From Octopus vulgaris (taxonomy: Eukaryota), in the NCBI GenBank assembly GCA_951406725.2, contig OX597821.1:26288001-26352000 (forward strand): a stretch of 64,000 nt of DNA, in the 5' to 3' direction. This document shows, piece after piece, positions 27,114 to 40,910 of this stretch (the first letter of the stretch is position 1; the number at the start of each line of letters is the position of its first letter). The notes below the pieces were generated by a model. That model saw only the letters and a program-made list of their open reading frames with translations, searched no databases and had not been told where the DNA came from. The translations under genes were made by a program, and so were the position numbers.

Positions 27114-27617
27114 ATGCCACACAACCACTCCTACGTCATTAGTGCAGTTTCAATTTCCTGGATAGAGCTTATTTCTTTTAATCATATTTAACACCTCTAA
27201 TGGAGATCCATGAGTACCACAATAGACAATTTCTTTCTCTCTAAAATATACGAGCCTACATGGAAAAGAAGATTACTTACCAACGTTAAGCACCAGACTA
27301 ATCGCAGCATAAACATTTTAATCGTAGGTATTTCGACAAACCAGTCAAGACGCAGATGTAGCTGAGCGATTAAGAAATTCGTTCCGCGATCACGCGGAAG
27401 CGGTTTTGATTCTGCTACGTACCATCTTGGGCTCGATGTTCCACTGCAGTTTCCATTTTTTTTTTCTTATTGTTGTTGACCAATACCTACATCTGAGTAA
27501 AATTCATGAGAAAACAGAACCTGTCTTCTGATAGTCATTGATTTAGGAAATAAAGATATCCACTCTATACGATATCTCGTATAATAAATCGTTTTATATT
27601 TCTGTTCTAAACAGAAC

Positions 27618-27654
<37 letters not shown>

Positions 27655-27829
27655 AAGTTATATGCAGAAATATTTCTGCATATAACTTTATCTTCCTCCA
27701 TTCTAAACAAAACTGTTCCACGAACGGGAACGGGAATCTCTGTAACAGTTTTTGAAATATTTTTGTGATATTTTTTACTCTACCTCTGGTATTCGAGTAC
27801 TATTTTTGCCACCTATTTATGTTTACTTG

Positions 27830-27894
<65 letters not shown>

Positions 27895-27897
<3 letters not shown>

Positions 27898-28197
27898 CTT
27901 TGTTCCTTCTCGAGCCATGCCTGGCTCATATGGGCCGGTTTCCTGGTTTCCTTGGCGTACCGGTTCCCCACCTGGACGGGACGTCAGTCTGTCGCAGGTG
28001 AGCTGCAAGATACAGGAGGAAAGAGTGAGAGAAAGTTGTGGCGAAAGAGTCAGCAGAAGTTCGCCATTACCTTCTGCCGGAGTCGCGTGGAGCTTAGGTG
28101 TTTCGCTCATAAACACACACATCGCCCGGTCTGAGATTCGAACCCGCGTTTCTTCGACCGCGAATCCGCTGCTCTAACCACTAGGCCATGTGCCTCC
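27895..28197 (-). mobile_element. SINE family B
   Basis: Highly similar to 20412-20718. Confidence 0.85.
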
Positions 28198-28210
28198 AGG
28201 CCATGTGCCT

Positions 28211-28268
<58 letters not shown>

Positions 28269-28282
28269 ATTTATATACACAC

Positions 28283-28478
28283 AGGTGAACTGGTAGAATC
28301 GTTAGCGCGCCGGGCGAAATGCTTAGCGGTATTTCGTCTGCCGCTACGTTCTGAGTTCAAATTCCGCCGAGGTCGACTTTGCCTTTCATCCGCACTGGGT
28401 CGATGTAATCGACTTAATCCCTTTGTCTGTCCGTGTTTGTCCCCTCTATGTTTAGCCCCTTGTGGATAGTAAAGAAAT
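28283..28478 (+). mobile_element. SINE family D (internal deletion)
   Basis: GAGTTCAAATTCCGCCGAGGTCGACTTTGCCTTTCATCC; tail TTTAGCCCCTTGTGGATAGTAAAGAAATA. Confidence 0.8.
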
Positions 28479-28948
28479 ATATATATATATACACACACAT
28501 ATACACATATGGAGAAAGAAGGAGAGAGGGAGAGTGGGAGAAAGGCAAAGATAGAAAGGGGTGGAAGGATGTTTATTATTCAAGAGTGATGGTAAATGAA
28601 AGTGACAAGGAAATCTTGATGTCGAATATTGAAACCAGAATGTAAATATGAATTGTTAACAAAATTAAGTAAATCATACAGCAATGCATAAAATGTAGGG
28701 TATTTAGGTGTCAGCTTCACTGCAGAAATAGTTCACTATTTACTTACTCTGTGTGTTTGTGTTGTGTCTGTGCATGCGTGAGGTTGTGCTTGTGTTCGTG
28801 TTTCTCAACACATTTATTTTAAATTACCAAATGTTTTAGTAATGTTAGTTGTTATTAGTGAAAACAACGTTTTATTTTAAATACCTCATAGGCACAGCAT
28901 GAGTTTAGACGCATCTATTTTGTATGTGTGTATACGTGTGTGTGTGTG

Positions 28949-28986
<38 letters not shown>

Positions 28987-29198
28987 CCTGTGTGTGAATG
29001 TGTATGTGTTTGCCTTACAGAGTGATATGAGGCGTCTAAGTGTAGTAGTGCGTAATTGCTGGGGGTTGGGTGCACATTGCTGTTTCTCAAGTGCTCGAAA
29101 CCCTCTTTGCTTACTGTTCGCCGCTGCTTGCTATAGCCTATGAGATGAACCAAGGAAGCAGCATAGTGCGTAAGTCTTCCCAGCCATTACACAGCCTC

Positions 29199-29230
<32 letters not shown>

Positions 29231-29446
29231 GTCGAAACTTCTGTCAAGCATCCCTGTTGTCATACACTGAGGCTGATTGCTATGCTGGCTCACTTTAAAT
29301 TGTCAGAGGATCTCACAGGGTAGCAATGGACCCCAGGGATACATTGTAGAGATCTACCCCATGTAGATATGCTCTGGCACTTAACCACTGCTCTGTGTAT
29401 AAACCCAAGAAGACAGAGTTTCAGAGGGCGAGGTGTATCAAATACA

Positions 29447-29593
29447 GCCGAGGTCGACTTTACCTTTTATCCTTTCGGGGGTCGATAAATTAAGTACCAG
29501 TTACGCACTGGGGTCGATATAATCGACTTAATACCTATGTCTGTCCTTGTTTGTCCCCTCCATGTTTAGCCCCTTGTGGGTAATAAAGAAATA
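29447..29593 (+). mobile_element. SINE family D, 5'-truncated
   Basis: GCCGAGGTCGAC...GGGTAATAAAGAAATA. Confidence 0.8.
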
Positions 29594-30189
29594 GGTATAT
29601 CTTGAAAGAAAAAGAAAAAATAAATATGGTGGTCAGCTTTCAGAGCATTTCATACGTTCTGGCAGACCTCGCAGTTAGGAGGATGTGCCAATCATCTTGG
29701 AGATTTCTTGCCATTGGATCTATTTCATTCACAGGAAATATAGTGATACTGAGAAATGCACACCCCAAACAACCATTATAAATATTCATTATGCGGTTAT
29801 TTCCTTCAGTGAGGATTTGGGCTTTCCAAAGTATGACAGTGATGGAGAGTCTGTTGATGGGAATGCATTAGTAACTTGTAGTTAAAATTTTACTATTGAA
29901 AGTATAAAACAATAGTCGTTGAGAGCAAAGGCTGACGGGTAGCTGCACTTCGCCGACCATTGAGCCTACCTGCAGAGCCCTACCTGCATTGATGTCACCA
30001 CTATGGCATCAGTTTCACAGTGAGGAACAGCCAATCTGCTGCCTAGTCTGACGGAGACACGGTTGGCATCAATGAACCCTCACTTTTCTTAGGAAGGTTC
30101 AGAACGACAATCTTCACCTATAAGTTAGTCTGTTTCTACTCTCATGTACTGGGGCGAAGCATGAGTCACATACAAACTATACACCTAGT

Positions 30190-30578
30190 GTGGATGCGCA
30201 ATGGCACAGTGGCTAGGGCAGCGGACTCGCGGTCATAGGATCGCGGTTTCGATTCCCAGACCGGGCGTTGTGAGTGTTTATTGAGCGAAAACATCTAAAA
30301 GTTCCACGAGGCTCCGGCAGGGGATGGTGGTGATCCCTGCTGTACTCTTTCACCACAACTTTCTCTCACTCTTACTTCCTGTTTCTGTCGTACCTGTATT
30401 TCAAAGGGCCGGCCTTGTCACTCTCTGTGTCACGCTGAATATCCCCGAGAACTACGTTAAGGGTACACGTGTCTGTGGATTGCTCAGCCACTTGCACGTT
30501 AATTTCACGAGCAGGCTGTTCCGTTGATTCGGATCAACCGGAACCCTCGTCGTCGTAACCGACGGAGTGCTTCCATCC
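30190..30578 (+). mobile_element. Chimeric SINE (family A head, family C tail) with 11-bp TSD
   Basis: TSD ATACACCTAGT at 30179-30189 and 30579-30589. The tail matches 16745-16920. Confidence 0.9.
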
Positions 30579-30590
30579 ATACACCTAGTC

Positions 30591-30932
30591 CAGGGGTACT
30601 CAGCCATTTTTTTCTATGAACCCCTTTGATTACTATTTTATTTTAGTGGACCCCTCATAACCATTCGGTGTTTGAAAACTAGTTTTATAGAAACTTCTTT
30701 TAAAATGCCTATGTTGTTTTTCGCATATTCCCTTGTATAAGTTGAATTATGTAAAATGTTAGAGAAAGAAACCTAACTGTTTCTTGCAATACATTTTAAG
30801 GTCCCCTGAAAATATTTCAGGGGACCTTAAAATACTATTGTGGATCCCCAATTTACTATTTTGTTGTGAGAACCCCTCCAAAATCTTATTTATACCATCA
30901 GGAGCCATATGGACTCTGGTTAAGAATCCCCG
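30591..30932. mobile_element. hAT-like MITE
   Basis: TIRs CAGGGGTACTCAGCC / GGTTAAGAATCCCCG with CTAG-centred flanks. Homologous to 58898-59238 in inverted orientation. Confidence 0.7.
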
Positions 30933-31224
30933 ATCTAGATTGTCATGAGAACCATTAACATCAGGTGTCTCTATTTGAAACTTCCGGTCAGTTGGAGGGA
31001 TAGGATGACGCACACAAAACTGTCCATCATATCAACACTCGTAATGTTCGTGTATTGCTGGTGTAGCTAATATAGAAGATGTGCCAATGCCGTATTTTGA
31101 AGGGTAATTGAAGAAAGTATGTGATTAATTATTATTCTGATATTATAAGTAAGGAATCAATATGTTATTGGTTTTGAATAGTGAAGCTTGTGACCCATAT
31201 GAAATTTGTTATAAATGATACAAA

Positions 31225-31533
31225 GGAAAGAAAAATGGAGAGAGAGAGAGAGAGAGGGAGGATAGGGACAGAGAGTGAGAGGGAGGGAGAGGAAGAAAGA
31301 GAGAGCAGAAGAAGGAAACAGAAAGAAAGAGAAGAAGAGGAGAGAGAGGAGAGAGAAAGAGAGAAGAAGAGAGAGAGGAGAGAGAAAGAGAGAAGAAGAT
31401 AGAGAGGAGAGAGAAAGAGAGAAGAAGAGAGAGAGAGAGCGGAGGAGGGTAACAGAAGAAAGAGACGGAGAAAGAGTGGGAGGGAGAGAATATGAAAGAG
31501 AAAGAAAGAGAAAGTTAAACAGAGAATTAGAAG

Positions 31534-31618
<85 letters not shown>

Positions 31619-31625
31619 GAGAAGA
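31225..31625. repeat. Purine-rich GA / GATA microsatellite tract
   Basis: Direct reading. Confidence 0.9.
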
Positions 31626-32544
31626 GATGTATATACTGTAATTCAAGAACAGTAAATGAGCAAGAAAAATTAGGGTTGAGAAAAGAGAGATAAATCGAGA
31701 GATATGGATAATTGATTAATAGACTGTTAAAAAGATTGATAGCATATTTAGATACATAGTTAGACAGACAGCTAGTCAGACAGACAGACAAACTGATAGA
31801 TACATAAATAGATAGATAACTGAAAAACTGCCAGTGGAACAATCCATTGAACTGAAAGGGTGGTCCGGCTACCACAATGAAAGAAATATATTTAAATAGA
31901 TTTAACTGGGATATCCTAAAGCTTAATATGAAGACTTAAGTTTGCTGAGAGATCGATTTATTTCTTCATTACTATATCGATCTGTTTGTCTTGTCAACAA
32001 TATCCGGCTTGATTGATTGTTTCACCATATTTATATGTTATTTTGCTATCCCTGAGGGAAATCATGGACTATTGTGGTAAATGGCCAAAAGTAATGTAGT
32101 TGTTAGGGCTATAACTATGACGGTTGGGTGTGGGGTGGGAGTTTGAAGTATAGGACTGTGTCTAGTTTCATGGGAGTTGACTCGGTGCCAGTGTCACGAG
32201 GTCACGAGGTCACATTTGAAATGTTTTCCCAGAGAGATATGAAAGCGATGAAGGAAAGTCTCTTTACTAGTTGGTGAAATGTTCTACTGAATGAGGTGGG
32301 AGAATAAAGAAACACACAGAAAACGGAAATGGTTCTCGGAAGTGTTGAGAAATATTTGATCTTCATTTCAGCATGAAACCATTTCTTTTTCCATTTTATT
32401 TCATAGGTATTTCCAGTCAATACAAATTCTAGATTACCCGAATTTCTCATTTTACAATATTGTGTATCGTCTTACTAAATCTAACCTTCCGCCAAAAACA
32501 CTTTACTATTATTTATTAGTAAGAGCTGTGATTGCAACAAACTC

Positions 32545-33005
32545 ACAGAATCGTTACCGCGCCGGACAAACCACTTAGCGTCATTTCTTCTGACTTTACG
32601 CCTTGAATTCAAATACGGCCGCGATTGACTTTTATCTTTTCGGAGTCGATAAAATAAGTACCAGTTGAGTACTTGGGTCGATGTAATAGACTTACTCACT
32701 TCCACGAAATCGCTGGCCTTCAACCAAAATTTGAAACCAATATTTCCTCCAGCTTTGCGTTCTGAGTTCTGATACCTATTTCTTTATTACCCACAAGGGG
32801 CTAAACACAGAGGGGACAAACAAGGACAGACATAGGTATTAAGTCGATTACATCGACCCCAGTGCGTAACTGGTACTTAATTTATCGACCCCGAAAGGAT
32901 GAAAGGCAAAGTCGACCTCGGCGGAATTTGAACTCACAACGTAACGCAGACGAAATACCGCTAAGCATTTCGCCCGGCGTGCTAACGTTTCTGCCAGCTC
33001 GCCGC
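32545..33005. mobile_element. SINE family D cluster (plus copy 32545-32720, minus copy 32775-33005)
   Basis: Shared GTCGATAAAATAAGTACCAG core and family D head. Confidence 0.8.
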
Positions 33006-33014
33006 TTGATACCG

Positions 33015-33300
33015 ACGAAGGTTTCTGTTCGGTGGATGCTACGTCTTCTGACACCTGATCAAAAGTGCACCAGGCCGATCGCATCACGGGAAAATATGAC
33101 ATTGTTTGAAGCAGATCTGGTTGGTTTCCTAGAACCTTTCCTAAGACAGGATGAATGTTGGGTTCAAGATGAGCCAGAGACAAAGAGACTATCCATGCAG
33201 TGGAAACACCTTTCCTCACCAGCTCCAAAGATGGCCAATCTTGTTTCATCTGCATGGAAGGTGATGGCCTCAGTTTTCTAAGATGCAAAAGGCAGTGTGT
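33015..33300 (+). pseudogene. Mariner (irritans/Himar-like) transposase fragment
   Basis: KVSVRWMLRLLTPDQK..DECWV..EPETKRLSMQW..KVMASVF*DAKG. Confidence 0.85.
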
Positions 33301-33606
33301 CTTAAGGCAGGTCACATCATGAATGGGCTTTTCCACGAGTAACCTTTAAAGCGCCTCCTCCTATTGGGAGTTTTATTTGTTACCTCTTTTTTGTTATTTA
33401 ATGTTTAAACGAACGTGAAAACCCTTTGTGCCGTCTTGCGTTGTATTTTATGTGACCTCTGCACACTAATTACCGACGAAGACTATTCAAATGAAATGGG
33501 GGATCTACCAAGGGGTGGGGAAATCTGGGAATGCCTTGATGGTCGTATTTTGAATGGTCAGTGGCTGACAGCAGTGGCCAATAAAATAATAAATTATTAT
33601 TATTAC

Positions 33607-34830
33607 TTATTGTCTTCGCACAGCTTCTAACGCTGGAGATGTACTACGGTGCCATCTGTGCACTACCAGCGAACTAAGGTAACACCCCTTATTTTTCGAG
33701 CACCATCCGGAGTTTTCGAGCAATTCCAAGTAGTGCTATTTTCTGCAAGTGCTCCTCCCTTATTGCAGCCCCTGTTTGTTCTATGTACTTCTCAAGACTT
33801 TTACTCACTGTTCCCAGGGTTCCGACAATTATTGGTACTACTACCACCTTTTTAAGCGACCACAACTGCTTAACCTCCCAAGCTAATCTGTTATATCTAT
33901 CAACTTTTCTTTCTTCCTTATCACATAACTTGTCAGCTGGGCATGCTATATCCATGATCCCGCATAGTTTGCTTTCTTTCTCATTTAACACTATGTCTGG
34001 CTTCCTGTTCTGTACCTCATGGTCATACTTACTCATAAAATCCCATAGGATCTTTGCATTATCATTTTCGATGATGCCTTCGGGTTTATGTTCGTACTAC
34101 TTTTTTGCTCTGTTAAGTCTATACTTATTGTAAAGTGTCTAATGGATAATCCTTGTTATAGTGTCATGACGTCTCTTATATTCTTCCTGGACTTGTAACG
34201 TATTTGATGTAACTGGTTCTTAGTGCTTGCTCTTGGGGAGCACAGATTAGAGCCACCGTTTCCGGTTTTAAATCACTTTTAGTCATCCATAGCCATCTTT
34301 TTTCTCTGTCTGTCTTATCTTCAACATGCCTATGAAATTGTCCATAACATTTTCTTTATCTACCTATTTCAGTTTCATTCATTTTAAAGTGCTTGTACAG
34401 TGCTTTATCTTCGCAATCTTCCATTCTACACAAGCCTGACCATCTTACTTCCAATAACAGTGGTTCTGAGGCATTTTTTGCATACCATGCTAAGTTGTTT
34501 TCTGCTCTAATGTTGTGTTCGCATCCAATCAGTCCTCTTCTCCCTCTTTTTCTTGGTACATACAGTCTGTCTATGTCACTTTTTGGGTGGAGTATCCCAT
34601 ATCTAGTTAGCAACTTCCTAGTCTTTCTGTCTAAGCTGTTTAGTTCTATTGTCCATGCGATTACCCCGGCTCCATATCTAAGGAGTGACACCGCCCATCT
34701 GCTGATAGCTTCAATCTTATTCCGTCCGTTTAATTTCGACTCTGTCTCAGTCTACGCAAGTAATTCACCTGAAATTTTTCTGTCATTTCTTTCTCCATCA
34801 ATTAATCCATTTTCAAAATCCCCAAGTACT
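33607..34830 (-). mobile_element. 5'-truncated R4/Dong-like non-LTR retrotransposon
   Basis: LHPKSDIDRLYVPRKRGRRGL; REL motif RKPDIVL..IMDIACP..K..RY..VPIIVGTLG. The 3' end abuts (TAA)n on the minus strand. Confidence 0.85.
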
Positions 34831-34831
34831 T

Positions 34832-34877
<46 letters not shown>

Positions 34878-36713
34878 CCACCACCACCACCACCACCACC
34901 ACCACCCTCCTCCTCCTCTTCCTCCTCCTCCTCCTCCTCCTCCTCCTCATCATTATTATTTTTCAATTATTTCTCCTAGCCATCTCAACTATTGTTGCAC
35001 AATGCAGAGTAGGTTTTGATGGCCATTGCTTTCGCGCTTAACGTTAGGCTATATCTCATGCTATATTTTAGTGACCTCTGCACACTAATTACCGACGAAG
35101 ACTATTCAAATGAAATGGAGGATCTACCAAAACTTTTAGGTACAGAAAAACGGCCAGTTGAAGAAGGGCAATATTCTTCGACAGCTGTGTGATGACTGTA
35201 CTGAGTAATCTTTTCTTTTGGATTGTTGCTTTATTTTGTTAAAAAGGTGAGTAAATGTTAAGTAATGTTACGAATATACATGCAAACATATATACATGTA
35301 TATATATATATATACATACACACACATACATATATATCAAATGGATGTCTTATTCCGCACATACAATAACAGCCGTACCAACAATCCAACACACCCCCAT
35401 CATCAGCTGCCCCACGGATATTGCTATGGTTTCGACACTTGGGCAGTACCATTCAATCCGGCGGTGCAACTCTTTCAAACAGATACCAGTAATCAGAGAA
35501 CCTCATATAATTGTAATTACATCATATTATACACTCTAAATGACTTTCAAATTAGCGTTTATGTGCACGTATCTGATAGATGGTATCCTTATTGACTGGT
35601 GCTCAGCTGTAGTTTAGGATCCATTCGCAATTATCAATGATATTAAATACGTTAATCCTTATTTGAAATCAATGTGTGAAAAATCTTTGAGCACTTCAGG
35701 TAAAGACTTAGGAAAAAATATGTAAGGTAATGTCAATATATGAAAGCATAGAGAAAACATACTCGTTATGTTACAGAGGTTGTTTAATGGCCTTATAATA
35801 TTTTGGAAAAAATCCCCCTTATCAAATAGAAGAAAGAAAGTAATCATTGCTCATAGAAATGTATTGTTATCAGCAGGTCATTCTAATGTATGTTTTCCTT
35901 CTATTTGATAAAGTAATACAATATTTTTCTCTACAATATTTTTCTCTTTGCATTTGTTTATTCACACCACGTTACATATTTTGACTAACTCCTTACCAGT
36001 ATTACTCCAAGGTTTTTTTTAGAAAAAAATATCATTGACACACATTTCAATGCTTCAAACAAAGCATATTACAATACTCTTAACTTTTATTTTATCACAG
36101 CAAACATTCGGATTAGTGGAGTTGTTCGACAAAAGTCGGAGAATAAAACTTAAATTCGAAATAATAAAAGGAGGTTTTATTACTTACTAAAATTAAAAAA
36201 AAGAAAATGATTTTGTCATCTTTTAATTATATGTTTTTTAAATTCCATTTATATTTTATACTATTTTATGACATTCCCCAGTCTTCAATTTATTTCTTAT
36301 ATTTCATTAAAAATGTTTTTCTAAGTCTTAACTACTTTTGGGTCTTCTCTGTTTTTCTTATTATTGTGTCTGACACACACACATACTCACACACACATAA
36401 TATATATAATGAATTAATGCTTAAGCACTATAAAAATATATCCATTGAATTTAAGAGCTCAATTTTTATCATGTCATTAATCTCCAATATATTATTACAT
36501 CAATGCAATATCCATAATAGGAATGAGTTTGCAGAAAAATATATTAAACCAACAAAGAATGTTCAGAGCAGAATATTCCAAGGGATAAAAACAAAGATCT
36601 CATTGATATTTCAAAAATTTTTATTCTTAAGCTCTACAACTGTTTCAACAGCTAAATATACAAACACCACCACCCATACACTCATAGAATAATTGATACA
36701 CACGCGCGCACGC

Positions 36714-36790
<77 letters not shown>

Positions 36791-36943
36791 TTATTAATTT
36801 CAATGAGATGTGCAAAACGTTTCATCAAGAAATGGCTTTGAAATATTTCGGTTTTATTCCTTGTGATTAAGTTTACTTAGTTCACTCAAGGCATTTTTAT
36901 ATGTCAATTATGTAGTGATAATATTGACGATGCCCTTTCTATA

Positions 36944-37448
36944 CGTGGTCTGATCAATAAGTATCCGGCGGACTGTTATCATAGTAACGAAGCTAAACCT
37001 CGCAGAGTAAAGCCGCTTTGCACAGATTGATTTTGAACTCCGCTGTGTATGCGCACTAAGTTTTAACGCTGTTTTAACGCTCAGTGTTAACGTTTTTAGC
37101 TGACCAAAAATACACTCGGGTTTCAGTTGCCCAAGATCTCTTTGATTGTCGCGAACGATGAAGACTTGTTGAAAACTTTGCGAAGGCCTCTGAGCAGGTA
37201 TCGCCAAGCTTTTGCTAAAATTTGACGCAGATTCTCTGCTCAGTTTTCTGTCATGGTCAATGCAACGATCACACGTTACACGCGTTCCTTCCAAGCACTG
37301 CTGTAAACAGCAGAAGTAAGTTAGAATGTTGAAACTTAGTACGCATGTACAACAGTGCTCAAGTTCGATCTGTACCAAGTGGCGTCACTCTGCGTGATTT
37401 AGCATCGTTACTATGACAACAATCCAGATACTTATTAATCAGACCATC
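36944..37448. mobile_element. Non-autonomous mariner-like element with ~55-bp TIRs and TA TSD
   Basis: TA-CGTGGTCTGATCAATAAGTATC..CATAGTAACGA / TCGTTACTATG..GATACTTATTAATCAGACCATC-TA. Confidence 0.8.
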
Positions 37449-37480
37449 TACAGATATACACATACTTACACACATGCATG

Positions 37481-37639
<159 letters not shown>

Positions 37640-38125
37640 GCATGTGTGTGTGTGTTTGTTTGTTTGCATGTGCGCGCGGCGTGTTTCGGAGTTGGATACT
37701 TGCATCTGATTTGTTTGGAAACTGTGCGCTGAAACTGAAACGCTCTTATTGCAAAAGAGGCCGACTTTAATAATTCAAAAACACAGGTAAGGTATGCATG
37801 TTTGTTTCTTAAAAGTAATAAATATACGTAATAATATGACGGCAATGTTTAGTTGCACTCTTGTCACCTGGTCACTGACGCATGTCCACAGCATCGGTTG
37901 AAAGTCAAATCCAGGTCAGTTTTTAAATCCTCGAGAGATTTCTTTCTCTGGTCTTCCTTATTTATCGTTTTCTTAATTGCATTTCTTTTTAATTATGGGA
38001 GTGATTAATGGTTTTACACGTCAGTTTTGCGTATAAAATTCTTTTATAATGTTTTTATGCTTTGGCCAGCTGTCCATTTGAGTGAGAATGACCTTGCAAA
38101 TCGCTGTCTTATTTATTTATTTATG

Positions 38126-38547
38126 GGATCTTTTCGGTTTGAACGGCAGTTTTTAACATAATTTCTCGGTAACTAAAAAATTTTAAACTTCGTATACTGG
38201 TAGACTGTGTTTATAAAACATCTTTTTCTCTTGGCTTTATTGAGAAAATTCTATAGTTTGTAAGATAATTGTTTTTTTTTTCCTCAATTTCTGCAATTTC
38301 AACCAATCAGTGACGTCTATTGAGTTAAAAAGCATTCTGTGCCGTATGAATATGTCCCTCGTTTAAGAAACAGATTGGGTTTATTTACATTTGTGAAGAA
38401 AAAAAAGATACCCTTCCCCCACCCCTAACCATGACCCTAACCCTAACCCTAACCCTAACCCTAAAAGAGATTCTAGAGTCATAATTATGGGTGACAATTT
38501 CATATGACACCGCTAGAAAAAAACTGCCGTTCAAACCGAGTAGATCC
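38126..38547. mobile_element. TIR element (Merlin-like MITE) carrying (CCCTAA)n
   Basis: TIR GGATCTTTTCGGTTTGAACGGCAGTTTT, near-perfect 8-bp TSD TATTTATG/TATTTATT, five CCCTAA at 38435-38464. Confidence 0.8.
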
Positions 38548-38893
38548 TATTTATTTATTATTAATATCACTTTTAGTTGTATTTTCTACATCTGGGGTAT
38601 GAAGTGAGGTAAAGTGGTTGAGCGGCAGGAAACATTGCTCGCTATGTAGTTTTTTCAAAGTAATTATATAATACTTCTTATAGAACAATTATTTTATTAC
38701 ATTTGTCTTCGTGTAAGCCTGATTAGATTATTACTGAGTTCATACAGCTGGCTGTTTTTGATTAGCAAAAGAAATAAAACTTACATGTATATAAATTGTT
38801 ATTCAACTGATCCAAGGAAGGTGGGCATATCTCCATGCATTAGGTAAGGTTCCTTGGTTTTGCCACTTTCAGACATTGTATGCATTACTATTA

Positions 38894-38964
<71 letters not shown>

Positions 38965-39043
38965 ATTGCAGCGTGGAAGGTGTTTATAAGCCATTTAAGA
39001 AACACACAAAAGCCGTTCGATTCACTTCAACATTTAAATTTAA

Positions 39044-39093
39044 TTTGTCAAAATATTTTCGTCGCTAAAATCCACGACCTGTTCACTGACAAA
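39044..39093 (-). ncRNA. Minimal hammerhead motif with compensatory G3-C8 core
   Basis: tttgtca GTGAACA g gtcgt-ggatttta-gcgac GAAA atat TT tgacaaa. Confidence 0.55.
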
Positions 39094-39436
39094 AATCCGT
39101 GCTGCATCTGAGAAAGTAACAGTTAGTTCGTCATATATATGTACGTATGTATGTGTGTATGTATGTATGTATGTATGTATGTATGTATGTATGTATGTAT
39201 GTATGTATGTATGTATGCATGTACGTACATACGCCTGTGTATGCATGTATGTATGTATGTATGTATGTATGTATGTATGTATGTATGTATGTATGTGTAT
39301 ATGCACGCACATACACACTATAAACATAAAGCTATAAACCTGTAGTGATGGATAGATGTAGAGTGACCACTCATCACAATAATATCAAATTTCAACTTCC
39401 ACCGCCGTAGCCAGGAAGTGATTTACGACCCTTACT

Positions 39437-39516
39437 CGTGGAGCTTTGGGTGTTTTCGCTCAATAAACACTCACAATCGAAACCGCGATCCTACAACCAC
39501 GAGTCCGCTGCCCTAA

Positions 39517-39576
<60 letters not shown>

Positions 39577-39830
39577 ATGTTGTAGGATCGCGGTTTCGAT
39601 TGTGGGCAGTGTTTATTGACCGAAAACACCCAAAGCTCCACGAGGCTCCGGCAGAGGCTGGTGGCGATTCCTGCTGTACTCATTCTCCACAACTTTCTCT
39701 CACTCTTTTCTTCTGTAGGCCTGCTCGCTTAGCCAGCGGGGTGGCGTCATTTGAAGGCTAAATAACGATGTGAAGCGCATTGTGACTAGCGATGTGCAGC
39801 AACATCTGATAGCCTGGTCGGTCACAGTGA
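39437..39830. mobile_element. Divergently oriented SINE family A fragments around (TA)n
   Basis: Minus head fragment 39437-39518 and plus copy 39581-39830. Confidence 0.75.
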
Positions 39831-39872
39831 TATATATATATATATATATAATTTGAAAAAATAGGATAGAAT

Positions 39873-39966
<94 letters not shown>

Positions 39967-40910
39967 CATACATATATCAAATTCCCTTCATGATAGTATA
40001 AATGCTACGATTGTCTACTCATCTCCACACCCCAGTAGGAGTTTTATCGAGCTAAGTAGGAGTTGAGCTAAGGATAAAGAACACAACCAATGAAATACCT
40101 AAAACATATACATCCCACTCCATTCAGAGCAAACGTATAGCAAATCCACTAGTAATCGATTATAGGTAGATTATCCAAAAATGCTCTGTAATGAAGTAAT
40201 TTGCAGAAGTGAACTCCTTATTGGTAAATATCGCAAGAATAAATAGGAATATGTCACAACTGTGTCAACCTCACGAACGTTGGGAGCATATCCAATACTT
40301 TCTCCATGGAGTTTTCTGGCTGAACACAAAAATGGTAGGATCAGAATGTATAATACGAGTTTGCCTTTTATAACGTTTTATATATTTTGTATAAGAGTAG
40401 CCAGAGAAAATAGTAAAATTGCTAAGGTTAGTAGGTGGTGCGATGAAAGCATATTTAACAGTAATATTCTTAAAAACCACTTTCAGTTGTGAAATAGCTA
40501 GTGGATTTAAGATAATCTTCTTCGAATCAAAGCTCAGTATTAAAATCGTCGTGAAAATAAGTAGACCTATGAAATCTATCATATGTAAATTCTACATCTT
40601 TGACAGATATATCCGTAGGAAGAATTGTAGATATGTGCTACAAAGACACATACCAATTGCCAACAAAATATATAGTATACTGTATGATATGCTAGAGAAT
40701 CATCATTTCATTGTTCGACTGTAGTCGAGACAATGGAATTTACCACGCTACGCTAGACTTCACGGTCCGTCATAGCATTACAGAGGTCAAGGATAATCAT
40801 GCGTAAACCCTTGCTCTGAATGGTGCAGCACTAACATACCATACTTAAGATTTGCAAATATGCACAACCCTTTTATCAGTTTCATAATACTTTACACCCC
40901 CCCACACACA

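Noticed and set aside
35340-35460. Minus-strand CTGATGA with an upstream GAAA, and a Cys-rich short ORF
   Set aside because: I could not form helices I-III consistently, and the ORF is short and runs into microsatellite.
38423-38464. Telomere or chromosome-fusion site
   Set aside because: The repeats are internal to a TIR element present twice in the window.
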